Part shown: positions 1 through 9,247 of the stretch, piece by piece
Layout of the letters: every line of letters starts with the position of its first letter
Position numbering within the stretch: position 1 is the stretch's first letter
DNA from: Verrucomicrobiota bacterium
GTDB taxonomy: Bacteria; Chlamydiota; Chlamydiia; Chlamydiales; SM23-39
NCBI GenBank assembly: GCA_018239895.1
Contig: JAFEGL010000029.1
Span: 64,574 to 128,573 of the forward strand
DNA length: 64,000 nt
Direction: 5' to 3'
Notes under the pieces: generated by a model
Databases searched by the model: none
Seen by the model: only the letters and a program-made list of their open reading frames with translations
Told to the model about the DNA's origin: nothing
Made by a program: the position numbers and the translations under genes

Positions 1-435
1 GCCGAGAATCGGGATCACATGGTCGTTTCTCTCTTCGAGGTCGCGGGTTTTAGCAACTCCAAGAGCGAGAGAAAAGGCTGTCCCTGCGTGACCGGCGAAA
101 AAGTGGTCGTGGACCGATTCTTTCGGATGGGCGAAGCCGCAGAGTCCTTTGTATTGCCGAATTTTGGGGAAGAGGGGATTGCGGCCCGTTAAAAGTTTGT
201 GAGGGTAGGTCTGGTGGCTGACGTCGAAGATGAACTTATCGTCGGGCGATCGGAAACATTTGTGGAGGGCCAATGTGAGTTCTACAACGCCTAAATTGGA
301 AGAGAGATGGCCTCCATTGACCGAGAGGACCTCGATGATCCTCTGCCGGATTTCGGCGGCTAGCTCCTCCATTTCTGGCAGAGAAAGGGCCTGCAAATCG
401 GAAGGTTTTTCGATGCGGGACAGGTAAGTGGTCAA
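1..435 (-). CDS. dxs: 1-deoxy-D-xylulose-5-phosphate synthase, N-terminal part (continues beyond window edge)
   Basis: Reverse-strand translation reads [99 protein letters not shown], a canonical Dxs N-terminus. Probable TTG start at 435 overlaps the xseB stop (TTGA). Absent from the ORF track because the window edge truncates it. Confidence 0.85.
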   Translation of the reverse strand, partial: MTTYLSRIEKPSDLQALSLPEMEELAAEIRQRIIEVLSVNGGHLSSNLGVVELTLALHKCFRSPDDKFIFDVSHQTYPHKLLTGRNPLFPKIRQYKGLCGFAHPKESVHDHFFAGHAGTAFSLALGVAKTRDLEERNDHVIPILG

Positions 436-731
436 AATGGGAGCTCTTCCATCTGTTTCGGGGGCGCCGGCTGAGCCGTAGGGCGGGCGTACATTTCGAC
501 GCGGGGTTTCTGTTCGGCATCGACAGCGACTTCGCCGTTTCTGCCTTTAATCAACATTTCGATTTTTTGTTCTGCCGTATTGAGGCGTCCCGTGCAGGTC
601 CGGATCAGTTTTTCCGCCTCTTCAAAAAGTTTTAGCGAGTCTTCCAGAGATGTTTTTCCGGTGTTCATCGTCTCGAGGATTTGCTCGAGCCTCTCAAACG
701 CTTTTTCAAATGATAATGTTTCATGAGTCAT
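432..731 (-). CDS. xseB: exodeoxyribonuclease VII small subunit
   Basis: 99-aa [44 protein letters not shown] matches the XseB helical-hairpin signature. Overlaps the xseA 3' end by 11 nt. Confidence 0.85.
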   Translation of the reverse strand: MTHETLSFEKAFERLEQILETMNTGKTSLEDSLKLFEEAEKLIRTCTGRLNTAEQKIEMLIKGRNGEVAVDAEQKPRVEMYARPTAQPAPPKQMEELPF

Positions 732-2130
732 GGAGTACTACCTTGTTCGCTGTCGCCGTCACATGTCCATCGTGGAGGCGGATGTGGAATTGCTTTTGGG
801 GGGTGAGATCCTTGGCTGATAGGATAATCGAATCTTCTTTTTCCGCAAAGAGGATGGCATACCCTTTTTGGAGAAGCCGGTCGGGATTTAGAGAGCGCAA
901 ATGTTCGGATACTCTTTTCAATTTTTCCTGCCTCAAGAGGATTTGCTGTCTTAGAAATCTCTCAGAGGTTTCGCGCCAGGCATCGGCGTTGAATTTCCCT
1001 TTTTTAAGGGAAATTTGGTTCTTTAAAGCGGTCCCGATTTGGTCCCTTAAAGAGGCGAGCCGCTCTTTCATCTGAGCAATCCGGTTGGAGGGGCGCGACA
1101 GTTCCAATTGGCGGGAAAAGGAGAGGAGTTTTGCTTTCTGTTGTTCGAGGAGTCTTTGCAGAGCCCCATCGAGATCGGTCCGGATCGTATCGATCTGTTG
1201 GATCGGCTGCGCCAGGAGTGTATAGGGCGAGCTGAAGAACGGGTGCTTTTTTAGAGCGCCCAGCCGACTCCGGTTCTGGGAAATCTGGTGTAAAACCCGC
1301 TGGCGGCAGACAGACTCGGCGTGGGCCAAATATTTTAATAGATTCGCTTTTTCAGCGATCACAATTTCGGCGGCGGCAGAGGGGGTCGGCGCTCGAACGT
1401 CGGCCACCCAATCGGCAATGGTGAAGTCTGTTTCGTGTCCCACAGCGGAAATGATCGGAATGCGCGATTCGTAGATCGCTTTAGCGACGATCTCCTCATT
1501 GAAGGCCCAGAGGTCTTCGATGCTCCCGCCGCCCCGACCGACGATCAGGACATCGGCTAATTGGTGCTTGTTGAAATCGGCGATCGCTTGGGCAATTTCG
1601 GCTGCGGCCCCTTCGCCTTGCACTTTCACCGGATTCAAGATGACGTGGAAGCCGGAGAATCTCCGGGTCAAAATATTCAAGATATCTTGGATCACGGCTC
1701 CTGTCGGACTCGTCACAACTCCGATCCGTTTCGGCAGCTTTGGAAGCAATTTTTTTCGTTTCGGATCGAACCACCCTTGCCGCTCCAGCTTCTCTTTGAG
1801 TTGATGGAGCTTCATAAGAAGCTCGCCCACGCCCAAAAACTGGAGTTCGCGGATGACGAGTTGGTAATTGCCTCGGGGGGCGTAGATGCTGAGCTCCCCC
1901 TTGGCGATCACCTGGTCTCCCTCTTTCGGCATCCGAGGGAGCTGCGCTGCGTTTCCTTTGAAAAGGACCGCTGAGATTTGAGCGCCAGCGTCTTTCAAAT
2001 TGAAATACAGGTGGCCCGACGTCTGGAGTTTGAAATTGCTGATCTCGCCCTGAACCGAAATGCCCCGGAACGGCGGCTCTAAAATCGATTTGATGGCCGC
2101 GGTCAGTTCGGTGATGGTTAAAATTTTCAT
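721..2130 (-). CDS. xseA: exodeoxyribonuclease VII large subunit
   Basis: OB-fold N-terminus (ISVQGEISNFKLQTSGHLYFNLKD) and core motifs (GRGGGSIEDLWAFNEE, ISAVGHETD). Start set at MKILTITEL (ATG 2130, ATGA overlap with the upstream gene) rather than the track start 2163. Confidence 0.9.
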   Translation of the reverse strand: MKILTITELTAAIKSILEPPFRGISVQGEISNFKLQTSGHLYFNLKDAGAQISAVLFKGNAAQLPRMPKEGDQVIAKGELSIYAPRGNYQLVIRELQFLGVGELLMKLHQLKEKLERQGWFDPKRKKLLPKLPKRIGVVTSPTGAVIQDILNILTRRFSGFHVILNPVKVQGEGAAAEIAQAIADFNKHQLADVLIVGRGGGSIEDLWAFNEEIVAKAIYESRIPIISAVGHETDFTIADWVADVRAPTPSAAAEIVIAEKANLLKYLAHAESVCRQRVLHQISQNRSRLGALKKHPFFSSPYTLLAQPIQQIDTIRTDLDGALQRLLEQQKAKLLSFSRQLELSRPSNRIAQMKERLASLRDQIGTALKNQISLKKGKFNADAWRETSERFLRQQILLRQEKLKRVSEHLRSLNPDRLLQKGYAILFAEKEDSIILSAKDLTPQKQFHIRLHDGHVTATANKVVLHDS

Positions 2131-2900
2131 AGGCTCTCCAAAAAGGCGGCGATCCGCTCGCAATCTTTTTGGGCTGACAGCTTTTCAGCCCGGCTGAGCG
2201 CCATCCGGGCGAACCAGAGGGCCTCTTCCCGGTGTCCCTCAGCTTTCTCGATCTGGGCAAGCAAAAATTCGGCGTGGGATTTGACCCGCTCGCTCTCAAT
2301 ATTCGACAGCGTTTCCAGCACGAGGTCTCTGGCCTTTTTCAATTCGCCCTGGAGCAAATAGACCTTGCCAAGTCGGATGGCTGTTCTCGATTGGTCTTCA
2401 GGGCAAGTATATAAACCAATGGCCTCTTGAAAAGAGACCTTTGCCTTCTCAAGATCGCCAGCTGGGTCGTCGGCTTCGGCAGCTCCCAAGTTGAACAGAA
2501 CTTTAGCTCGAAGGGGGCCCGCGCCAACTTTTTTCAGCGCCTGGGCTGCAAACAGCTTAGCTGCCCCAAAGTTCTCTTGTCCCCTCGCAGCAGCGGAGAG
2601 AAGATAGAGGGCGTGGATCTCCTGCTCCAAGTCTTTTGCCTCGAATGCAAAAGTCAGACATTTGGCGGCGTGATTTTCGGTTTCTTGGAAATTTCCTTGA
2701 TAGAAGAACGTGGAGGCGAGTTGTCCGTGGATTTGCATCGCCTCTTGAGGTGAAAGATTTTCTTGAAGCGCTTCTTGTCCCAACGAGACGATCGCAGTCC
2801 AATCTTCCGACTTTTTTAGCCGGGGAAATGCCTCGAAATAGTCGTTGGCCCCAGCCCACAATGATCCGTAAACGAGTAGTCCCAAAATAAATCGGCGCAT
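2127..2900 (-). CDS. secreted/periplasmic TPR-like repeat protein
   Basis: Signal-peptide-like N-terminus MRRFILGLLVYGSLWAGA, followed by helical repeats with TPR-like A/L/Y/G spacing. No catalytic motif seen. Confidence 0.5.
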   Translation of the reverse strand: MRRFILGLLVYGSLWAGANDYFEAFPRLKKSEDWTAIVSLGQEALQENLSPQEAMQIHGQLASTFFYQGNFQETENHAAKCLTFAFEAKDLEQEIHALYLLSAAARGQENFGAAKLFAAQALKKVGAGPLRAKVLFNLGAAEADDPAGDLEKAKVSFQEAIGLYTCPEDQSRTAIRLGKVYLLQGELKKARDLVLETLSNIESERVKSHAEFLLAQIEKAEGHREEALWFARMALSRAEKLSAQKDCERIAAFLESL

Positions 2901-2944
2901 AGACGTTATCTATCTTGCTCGATTCAAGAAAAAAAGACCAAGCT

Positions 2945-4021
2945 TTATCGCAGAATCTTTAAATTGTTTGCGACGACCGTCCTGCAATGATCTGGCAGAT
3001 TGGGATTTGCGAGGAGTTTTTCATAGGCGGCTTTGGCCTCATCCAATTTGCCGATGAAATGGGCGCAGCAAGCAAATCTATACAGGAGCAAATGGTCGTA
3101 GATTTCCCGCAGGGTGTACATCATGGCGTAAGGGATAGGGATTTCAAGGCCCTGTCTAGAGACGATGTAGCCCATAAAATGGTTGCTGTTTTTATGATAG
3201 AAATAGGCGAGATGATGGAGCGCCTCGGCCCGGTTTTGCTCGAACTCAAAAGCCTTGTTGTAGCTCCGGATGATTGTCTCCGGCGGATATCCAAGCTCCT
3301 CTTGAAGGCATCCGACGCAAAAGAGAGACCAGTAGACTTCATCCCTAAACCCTCCCATCGCGGCCCGTTTCTCATAATATTTTAACGCTGAGACGAAATC
3401 CCGGGCCGCGCCATAGCTTTGAGCGAGATAAAATGCATAGCGGGGCGTTGGTTTTTTATCGAAGGCCTTTTGCAAGATCTCAGCGTCCTTCTGGTAGCAC
3501 TTTGGATCTTTAGCCCGCTGCCCATCTCTTTTCTGCCCATAGTTCATGACCCCTTCAAGCATCTCTCCTGTGACATTCCTCCCAGGTCTGATCTCCTCAT
3601 GAAGCACCCCCTCCCACCTCCAGTGGGGGTCGTTTTTGATGATCAAAATTCTGTGTAAATCGACATTTTGATCCCGGATCTTAACGGTGTAAAAATCGCT
3701 TTCAAATTCCGATACATTGAAATCTTTTTCGATGACCCACTCTTCATCGGCATCAATGAAAAGGACGTAATCCCCTTTCCCTTGAGCTAGATCGAGCGCT
3801 TCGTTCCGATTGTGCTCGAAATCGACCCATGGCCTTTCAATAAGTTCACCTGGGAGATCTTTCATGAACTCTCGGATGGCTTCTTGGGTGCCGTCCGTTG
3901 AGCCCGTATCGACGATCGCCCAGGAATCGATCTTGTGCTTGATCGAGCCGAGAGACCTCTCGATGACCTCCCGCTCGTTTTTGACGATCATGTTCAGGCA
4001 AAGGGTCTTCTTCATGTCCAT
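2945..4021 (-). CDS. family-2 glycosyltransferase with C-terminal TPR-like domain (paralogue A)
   Basis: CLNMIVKNEREVIERSLGSIK..IVDTGSTDGTQEAI...RPWVDFEHNRNEAL..DYVLFIDADE (GT-A fold with DxD-like DAD). C-terminal helical repeats (FYLAQSY, YYEKRA). No TM segment. Confidence 0.8.
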   Translation of the reverse strand: MDMKKTLCLNMIVKNEREVIERSLGSIKHKIDSWAIVDTGSTDGTQEAIREFMKDLPGELIERPWVDFEHNRNEALDLAQGKGDYVLFIDADEEWVIEKDFNVSEFESDFYTVKIRDQNVDLHRILIIKNDPHWRWEGVLHEEIRPGRNVTGEMLEGVMNYGQKRDGQRAKDPKCYQKDAEILQKAFDKKPTPRYAFYLAQSYGAARDFVSALKYYEKRAAMGGFRDEVYWSLFCVGCLQEELGYPPETIIRSYNKAFEFEQNRAEALHHLAYFYHKNSNHFMGYIVSRQGLEIPIPYAMMYTLREIYDHLLLYRFACCAHFIGKLDEAKAAYEKLLANPNLPDHCRTVVANNLKILR

Positions 4022-5094
4022 AGCATTTGATAGTCCTGTTCGATTTCAGTTCTTATTTTTGGTGGTAATTCGGAGTTTGCCAAGAGTCTTTCATAGCCGA
4101 GTCTCGCCTCGTCTAATCGGCCCAAAGTATGGGCAGCTCTGGAGAAAACGACTAGAGCCTGATACTTATAAATATCTCGAAGAATATAAGTGGCTATGTT
4201 GGGAAGAGGGATCTCTATCGCCTGCTTGGCCGTGATGTAAGCGAGGGTATTTTTCCCTTTCCTCTGGTAGTGATCGGCGAGGCAAGCAAGGGGTTCTGCT
4301 CGACTTTGGTCGAATTCGAAGGCTCGGCTAAAACTATCCGCAACCTCCTCCAATCCATAACCCAGCTGTTCTTTTAGGCATCCGACACAAAAAAGGGACC
4401 AAAATACATCGTTTGGATTCCCGCCGCCTATTTCGGCTCTTTTAGTATAATTCTTTAGGGAAGCCCAATGATTGCCTGCGATGGCATAGCTTTGGGCGAG
4501 ATAAAAGAGATAACGGGTGTTCCTGGGATCCCTTTTTAGAGCTTCCTCCAAAATCAACGCATCCTTTTCATAGACTTTGGGGTCTTGCGCACGGTTTCCA
4601 TCCCTCCATTGGCCATTTGAGCTGAACCCGTCGAGAATCAGCCCTTCATAATCCTTCCCATATTCGAGTTGCTCGTGGAGGACTCCTTCCCACCAGCAGT
4701 CGATGTCGCTTTTGACAAGCGATACCCGAATGAAATCAACCCCTGGATCATGGATCATGATCCCGTAGATATCTTGAGTTAAAAGAGATTTGTCGAAATT
4801 TTTTGGCACTGTCACTTCGTTGTCTGCATCGAGGAAATAGATGTAGTCAGCCTTGCCTCGCGCAAGCTGAAGAGCTTCGTTTCTGTTGTGTTCAAAGTTA
4901 ACCCAAGGCCTTTCGTGAAGTTCTCCGGGTATATCTTTGAGAAACTCCCGGATGATTTGTTGCGTCTCGTCTGTCGAACCTGTGTCGACAATGACCCAGT
5001 AGTCGATGATCTTTTTGATCGAGCCGAGCGATCTTTTAATCACATTCCGCTCGTTTTTTACAATCATATTCAAACAAATTGTCGGTTTTTTCAT
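4012..5094 (-). CDS. family-2 glycosyltransferase with C-terminal TPR-like domain (paralogue B)
   Basis: Same motif set as paralogue A (CLNMIVKNERNVIKRSLGSIK, IVDTGSTDETQ, RPWVNFEHNRNEAL, FLDADNE, WEGVLHE, FYLAQSY). The 3' end overlaps the start of paralogue A by 10 nt. Confidence 0.8.
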   Translation of the reverse strand: MKKPTICLNMIVKNERNVIKRSLGSIKKIIDYWVIVDTGSTDETQQIIREFLKDIPGELHERPWVNFEHNRNEALQLARGKADYIYFLDADNEVTVPKNFDKSLLTQDIYGIMIHDPGVDFIRVSLVKSDIDCWWEGVLHEQLEYGKDYEGLILDGFSSNGQWRDGNRAQDPKVYEKDALILEEALKRDPRNTRYLFYLAQSYAIAGNHWASLKNYTKRAEIGGGNPNDVFWSLFCVGCLKEQLGYGLEEVADSFSRAFEFDQSRAEPLACLADHYQRKGKNTLAYITAKQAIEIPLPNIATYILRDIYKYQALVVFSRAAHTLGRLDEARLGYERLLANSELPPKIRTEIEQDYQMLWT

Positions 5095-5225
5095 TATATA
5101 CTCAATTAAAAAATGTATAGTAATTATATTAATTTAAAATTCTATAAAATCAATCAAAATTGGATTTCGCACTTGCAAAAGAGGAAGCGACTATAGTATG
5201 CTTTCTATAAAATTTTGAGTGTCGC

Positions 5226-5990
5226 ATGCCGAGAGATCTCTATGTGATTGGCAATTGGAAGATGTACAAAACGGCGCGGGAAGCGGCAGGCTATGTCGAA
5301 GAGCTGGAGCCGAAAGTCCAAGGCTGCCAAGCGAAAATCTACCTCGCTGTTCCCTACACGTCGATCGCCTCTGCAGCGCGAAGCGCGAAGAATACGCCGA
5401 TCACTATCGGCGCTCAGAACATGAATGATGCCCGCGAAGGGGCTTTCACCGGCGAGATCGCCGCCCTGATGCTCAAAGAGGCTGGCGCCGAATTTGTCCT
5501 CCTTGGCCACTCGGAGAGACGGAAAATTTTTGGAGAGAGCAGCGAATTCGTCCACAAAAAGACGGTCCGCGCCCTTCAAGAAGGGCTCCAACCGATCGTC
5601 TGCGTCGGCGAAGACCTTGAAGAGAGGGAATCGGGTCGGACCGAAGAAGTTTTGAAACACCAACTCGAAAAATCTCTCTCCGGCATCCCTGCCGAAGATG
5701 CCCTGAAAATCATCCTGGCCTACGAGCCCGTCTGGGCGATCGGCACCGGGAAAACCGCCACGCCGAAGATCGCGCAGGAGGCCCACGCCTTTTGCCGCTC
5801 TTGCCTCGCCGATCTCTTCGGTAAGAAAGTGGCGGGACAAATTTCGATCCTCTACGGAGGTTCGGTAAAACCTGAGTCGGCAGGCCCTCTGGCCGCTCAA
5901 AAAGATATCGACGGCGTCCTCGTAGGCGGAGCTTCTCTAGATCCCCATACGTTCGCCGAAATTGCTTTGAATTGTGAGAAACCAACATGA
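5226..5990 (+). CDS. tpiA: triosephosphate isomerase
   Basis: GNWKMY, IGAQN, LLGHSERR, VCVGE, YEPVWAIGTGKTA, ILYGGSV motifs. Confidence 0.95.
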   Translation: MPRDLYVIGNWKMYKTAREAAGYVEELEPKVQGCQAKIYLAVPYTSIASAARSAKNTPITIGAQNMNDAREGAFTGEIAALMLKEAGAEFVLLGHSERRKIFGESSEFVHKKTVRALQEGLQPIVCVGEDLEERESGRTEEVLKHQLEKSLSGIPAEDALKIILAYEPVWAIGTGKTATPKIAQEAHAFCRSCLADLFGKKVAGQISILYGGSVKPESAGPLAAQKDIDGVLVGGASLDPHTFAEIALNCEKPT

Positions 5991-6283
5991 CAGCCCTATT
6001 TTTTATCGTCCTCTTTCTTTTCCTCCTTTTATCCGTCCTCCTCTGCTTTGTGATCTTGATCCAAGAGGCGAAAAGCCTTGGACTTGGGGCCTCATTCGGC
6101 GGCGACTCGGGGGATTCGCTCTTTGGAACATCGACAGCCGAAGTTCTCAAGCGGTTCACCGCCTATCTCGCCGGCGCCTTTTTGATTGCATGCCTTTGCC
6201 TTTCACTCTGGTCATCCGTTCTCGGACGCACCGCAAACGAACCGACCTCCTCGCCTGAAATCGAAAATCCCGAAGGTTTTTAA
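5987..6283 (+). CDS. secG: preprotein translocase subunit SecG
   Basis: 98 aa. Two hydrophobic helices flank the glycine-rich GLGASFGGDSGDSLFG loop. ATGA-coupled to tpiA. Confidence 0.8.
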   Translation: MTALFFIVLFLFLLLSVLLCFVILIQEAKSLGLGASFGGDSGDSLFGTSTAEVLKRFTAYLAGAFLIACLCLSLWSSVLGRTANEPTSSPEIENPEGF

Positions 6284-6808
6284 ATGCTTCTCAAAGTCGT
6301 ACTCTATGGCGATCCGGTCCTCCGGACCAAGGCGTCGCCCATCGCTGAAATCACTCCGGAGATCCAGAAGCTAGCCCAGGACATGATCGAGACGATGATT
6401 GCGGTCAACGGCGTCGGCCTTGCGGGTCCGCAAGTGGGCCGCTCCCTCCGGATCTTTGTGATCCAAGAGGAGATTATGGGTCCCAACGGTGAATTCAGTT
6501 TCAAACCGCCCGAAGTGATCATCAACCCCGTTCTCTCCAAGCCCTCTTCCGAGACCCAAACGGGTCCCGAAGGGTGCCTTTCGATTCCGGGGATCCACGT
6601 CGAAGTGGAGCGCCCCCTCCGGATCCATGTCCGCTACCAGAACCTTAAAGGGGAGTTCCTCGAAGAGGACCTCGACCATTTCCGAGCGAGGATGTTCATG
6701 CACGAGAACGACCATCTCAATGGCACTCTCATGATCGACCGGATCCCGCCGAACTATCGGAACAAAGTCGACCCCTTCCTCCGCAAAATCAAATCTAAAG
6801 TCAGCTAA
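6284..6808 (+). CDS. def: peptide deformylase
   Basis: The three PDF motifs are present: GVGLAGPQVG, EGCLSIPG, HENDHLNG. Confidence 0.95.
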   Translation: MLLKVVLYGDPVLRTKASPIAEITPEIQKLAQDMIETMIAVNGVGLAGPQVGRSLRIFVIQEEIMGPNGEFSFKPPEVIINPVLSKPSSETQTGPEGCLSIPGIHVEVERPLRIHVRYQNLKGEFLEEDLDHFRARMFMHENDHLNGTLMIDRIPPNYRNKVDPFLRKIKSKVS

Positions 6809-7056
6809 AGTCCTTTCAGTCAAATATCAGGGGTTCCTCGAGCTGTTCATCCTGCTATTCTTCTCTTTCCAGAATGAAAATGGCAGATGATAGGGGAATC
6901 CCCGAACCCCAAATATAAATCTAAAATTACGCGATTGCCGGGATGTTCGCGTTCCCTCTTCGGGAGTCTATTGCCGTGCGCAGTTTTTCGCCCCGCTTTT
7001 CTTGGGAGGAACCCTTTGACTTTCAAAACAGCCGCCAACTTTGTTGGGGGCTCTCA

Positions 7057-7115
7057 CGCTCCATTGCTGCGAACCTTGGCCTCAGCAATGGAGCGGAGTT
7101 CTGATTTATTTTTTG
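7057..7115. terminator. 13-bp-stem hairpin with T-tract (candidate bidirectional terminator between def and lptD)
   Basis: CGCTCCATTGCTG (7057-7069) pairs perfectly with CAGCAATGGAGCG (7083-7095) across a 13-nt loop. A TTTATTTTTT tract follows on the + strand. The hairpin lies 10 nt past the lptD stop on the - strand. Confidence 0.45.
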
Positions 7116-9220
7116 ACTAAATCTAGGCCGAGGTCGAAGTGGTTGCGTGGGTCTTTTTCGGTGTAGCGGTAGGAGAGGCGGAGCTTCCAAGAGGAGGAGA
7201 CCCAGGTGAAGAGGTCGACGTTGAATTCGTTGTAGGGCTTTTGGGTGAGCCGGTAGAAGCCGTGGTGCGAGGTGAATTGGCACTCCCAGAAGGGGGTGAA
7301 GCGGATGAAGAGTTTTGAGAGGAGGGTAATCCGCCGGTCGGAGAGGGGCGAGTCGAGGAGCTCAGACTCGGAGCGGGTCACGTCGAGGATGAAGTTCTCG
7401 TGGTCGGCTTTGCGCCAGTCGTAGCGGGATCGGTAGCGGGTCTCGAAGGTGAGGGCGACGTTTTCGTTGACGGTCCAGCGGAGCCGGAGGTTTGAGTGGT
7501 CCCACACTTGATTGCGGAAGTTCCATGAGTTTCTAAAGTCGAGATGGACCGAGGGGAGCCTCCAGGAGAGATTGCAATAGAGCTTGTACACGAATTCGGG
7601 GATCGTCGGATCGCTAAAGAAGGCGTTGGCGTAGAGATCGGCTGTGAAGGAGGGCTCCTTGCAGAGCCGCTTCTTGGAGGAGAGAAATTGTCTAAGGCCG
7701 AATTGGATTTGGTTGATCCGCTGGAAACCGTCTTGGATCGTGAAGATGTAGTGGTGGTCGGGATTCACCGTGGGTCGGGAGAGGCCTGAATACTCGATGT
7801 AGGGCTCGATGACGTGTTTGTAGTGGGAGTAGTTTTGGTGGCCGCGGGCTTGCAAACGGACGCCGTAGCTGAGGAGACCGAGGCTCTTTGAGTTGTGGTT
7901 TTGGCTGTTGCTGTAGAAAATGCCGATCGCGCCGAGATATGGGGTGAGGAGCGTGGGACCGAGGTGGATGGTCCGGTAGAGTTTGGGGCGGAAATCGAGC
8001 CGCGCGGAACGGAAATCGGATAGAGGGTCATTGCCGGGAGTAGGCGCCAGTTGGTCAGAGTAGGCAAAGTCCATGTAGGAGAGTTTGATCCAGTTGGTGG
8101 AGATGATGCCGGTGTTCCAAAGTTCGATCGGGCGGAGAGTCGAGAAAAGGGAGGGGAGATCCTGCTTGATCGATTCGAATGGGTTGAGGCGGGGACGGAC
8201 TTTGAAGGAGGAGATCAGATCGTCGGTTTGGTGCCAGACAAAGAATTGAGTGATCTTGGCTGGATTGACCTCAAAGTCTTCGCTCTTGAAATCATCGGGC
8301 ATCCGGACGTCGCTGTATTTGTCCCAGGAGAGATTGACGCGGGTCTTTTCGCTTTGAGTGACGGTATTGTACGCTCCTTGGACCCGGTAGCGGCGGATCG
8401 GATTGGTGGCGTTGTCGAGCCGGTCTTTCGCTAGATAGCTGCGGGTATAGAAAGTGGTGTTTTGCCCTTCGGGCGCGTATTCGGTTTCGATCGCGCCGCC
8501 CCAACCTTTTCCCCACCGGTATTGGAGTCTTCCGTAGAGGGCGAAGTCCTGCCAGGAGTAGATCTGGTAGCGGGCCATTGCGCGGGGACCCTTGTCCCAC
8601 CGGATCGAGTAGCGGAAAACAGGCTCTTTGAATTTTTTTAGGTTGATCTTGAAAGAGGGGAGCCAAAGGAACGGGATTCGGAACAGGCGGAAGCGGACCT
8701 TTTTGGCTTCGAGCTTGTCGTTCTTGAGCATGTCGATTTTGCCTGCATGAAAATCCCAAGCGCTGTCGACGTTTTCGCAGGTGGTGATCGTCGCATTCGT
8801 CGCGTTGTAGCTTCCGTCAGGATTGAGTTCGATCTTGTCGCCGCCGACATACCACATGTTGGCAAAAGTTTTTCCCTCGTAGACGATGCCGGAGCGTTTG
8901 ACGAAATCAAATTCAAGTTCTTTGCCCACGTAGACACGGCCTTTGTACTGGATCATCAAATCCCCTTCGGCTTCGATCCGGTGGATGAGATGGCCCTCTT
9001 CTTCCCGTTTGATGTATTGGATTGTCTTCGCTTGGATCCGCAAATCGGGGCTCTGGATCACTCCGCCTTGGTTGGTGTACAAAATCCCATTTTGATACGT
9101 GGGATTGCGCAAATCGACCTTCACTTCGGTGATTGGTTCGATGGGAGGTTTTTTTGCAGCGAGCGGAGATGCCGCCACCAAAATAAAAAGCAAAATGGCC
9201 GTGCGCATGGGGGCCATCAT
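7106..9220 (-). CDS. lptD: LPS-assembly outer membrane protein LptD/OstA family
   Basis: 704 aa with a signal peptide (MRTAILLFILVAASPLAA). OstA-like N-terminal segment (IQAKTIQY..EAEGDLMIQYKGRVYVGKELEFD), then a long aromatic-rich beta-barrel-like C-terminus. Confidence 0.65.
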   Translation of the reverse strand: MMAPMRTAILLFILVAASPLAAKKPPIEPITEVKVDLRNPTYQNGILYTNQGGVIQSPDLRIQAKTIQYIKREEEGHLIHRIEAEGDLMIQYKGRVYVGKELEFDFVKRSGIVYEGKTFANMWYVGGDKIELNPDGSYNATNATITTCENVDSAWDFHAGKIDMLKNDKLEAKKVRFRLFRIPFLWLPSFKINLKKFKEPVFRYSIRWDKGPRAMARYQIYSWQDFALYGRLQYRWGKGWGGAIETEYAPEGQNTTFYTRSYLAKDRLDNATNPIRRYRVQGAYNTVTQSEKTRVNLSWDKYSDVRMPDDFKSEDFEVNPAKITQFFVWHQTDDLISSFKVRPRLNPFESIKQDLPSLFSTLRPIELWNTGIISTNWIKLSYMDFAYSDQLAPTPGNDPLSDFRSARLDFRPKLYRTIHLGPTLLTPYLGAIGIFYSNSQNHNSKSLGLLSYGVRLQARGHQNYSHYKHVIEPYIEYSGLSRPTVNPDHHYIFTIQDGFQRINQIQFGLRQFLSSKKRLCKEPSFTADLYANAFFSDPTIPEFVYKLYCNLSWRLPSVHLDFRNSWNFRNQVWDHSNLRLRWTVNENVALTFETRYRSRYDWRKADHENFILDVTRSESELLDSPLSDRRITLLSKLFIRFTPFWECQFTSHHGFYRLTQKPYNEFNVDLFTWVSSSWKLRLSYRYTEKDPRNHFDLGLDLVKK

Positions 9221-9247
9221 ACCGGAAATCGAAGCTGTTGTGAAAGG

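Noticed and set aside
5205-5900. 231-aa antisense ORF over tpiA. Similar long antisense or alternate-frame ORFs occur elsewhere (8747-9598 over lptD, 24097-24789 over folD, 37838-38602 and 38659-39534 over opcA/zwf, 56299-57234 over MATE, 60231-60842 over ispG).
   Set aside because: Each lies opposite or out of frame to a gene with strong family motifs. All have Arg/Gly/Asp-rich low-complexity translations typical of antisense frames in GC-rich coding DNA.
6809-7056. The def-lptD spacer considered as a tmRNA, 6S, SRP or RNase P RNA gene.
   Set aside because: None of the conserved motifs I know is present: the tmRNA 5' GGGG..GA and 3' tRNA-like CCA end, the SRP GGAA/AGCA tetraloop helix, and the RNase P conserved regions. 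Apart from one 9-nt complement, the two halves do not pair into a 6S-like rod. It is kept only as a low-interest finding.
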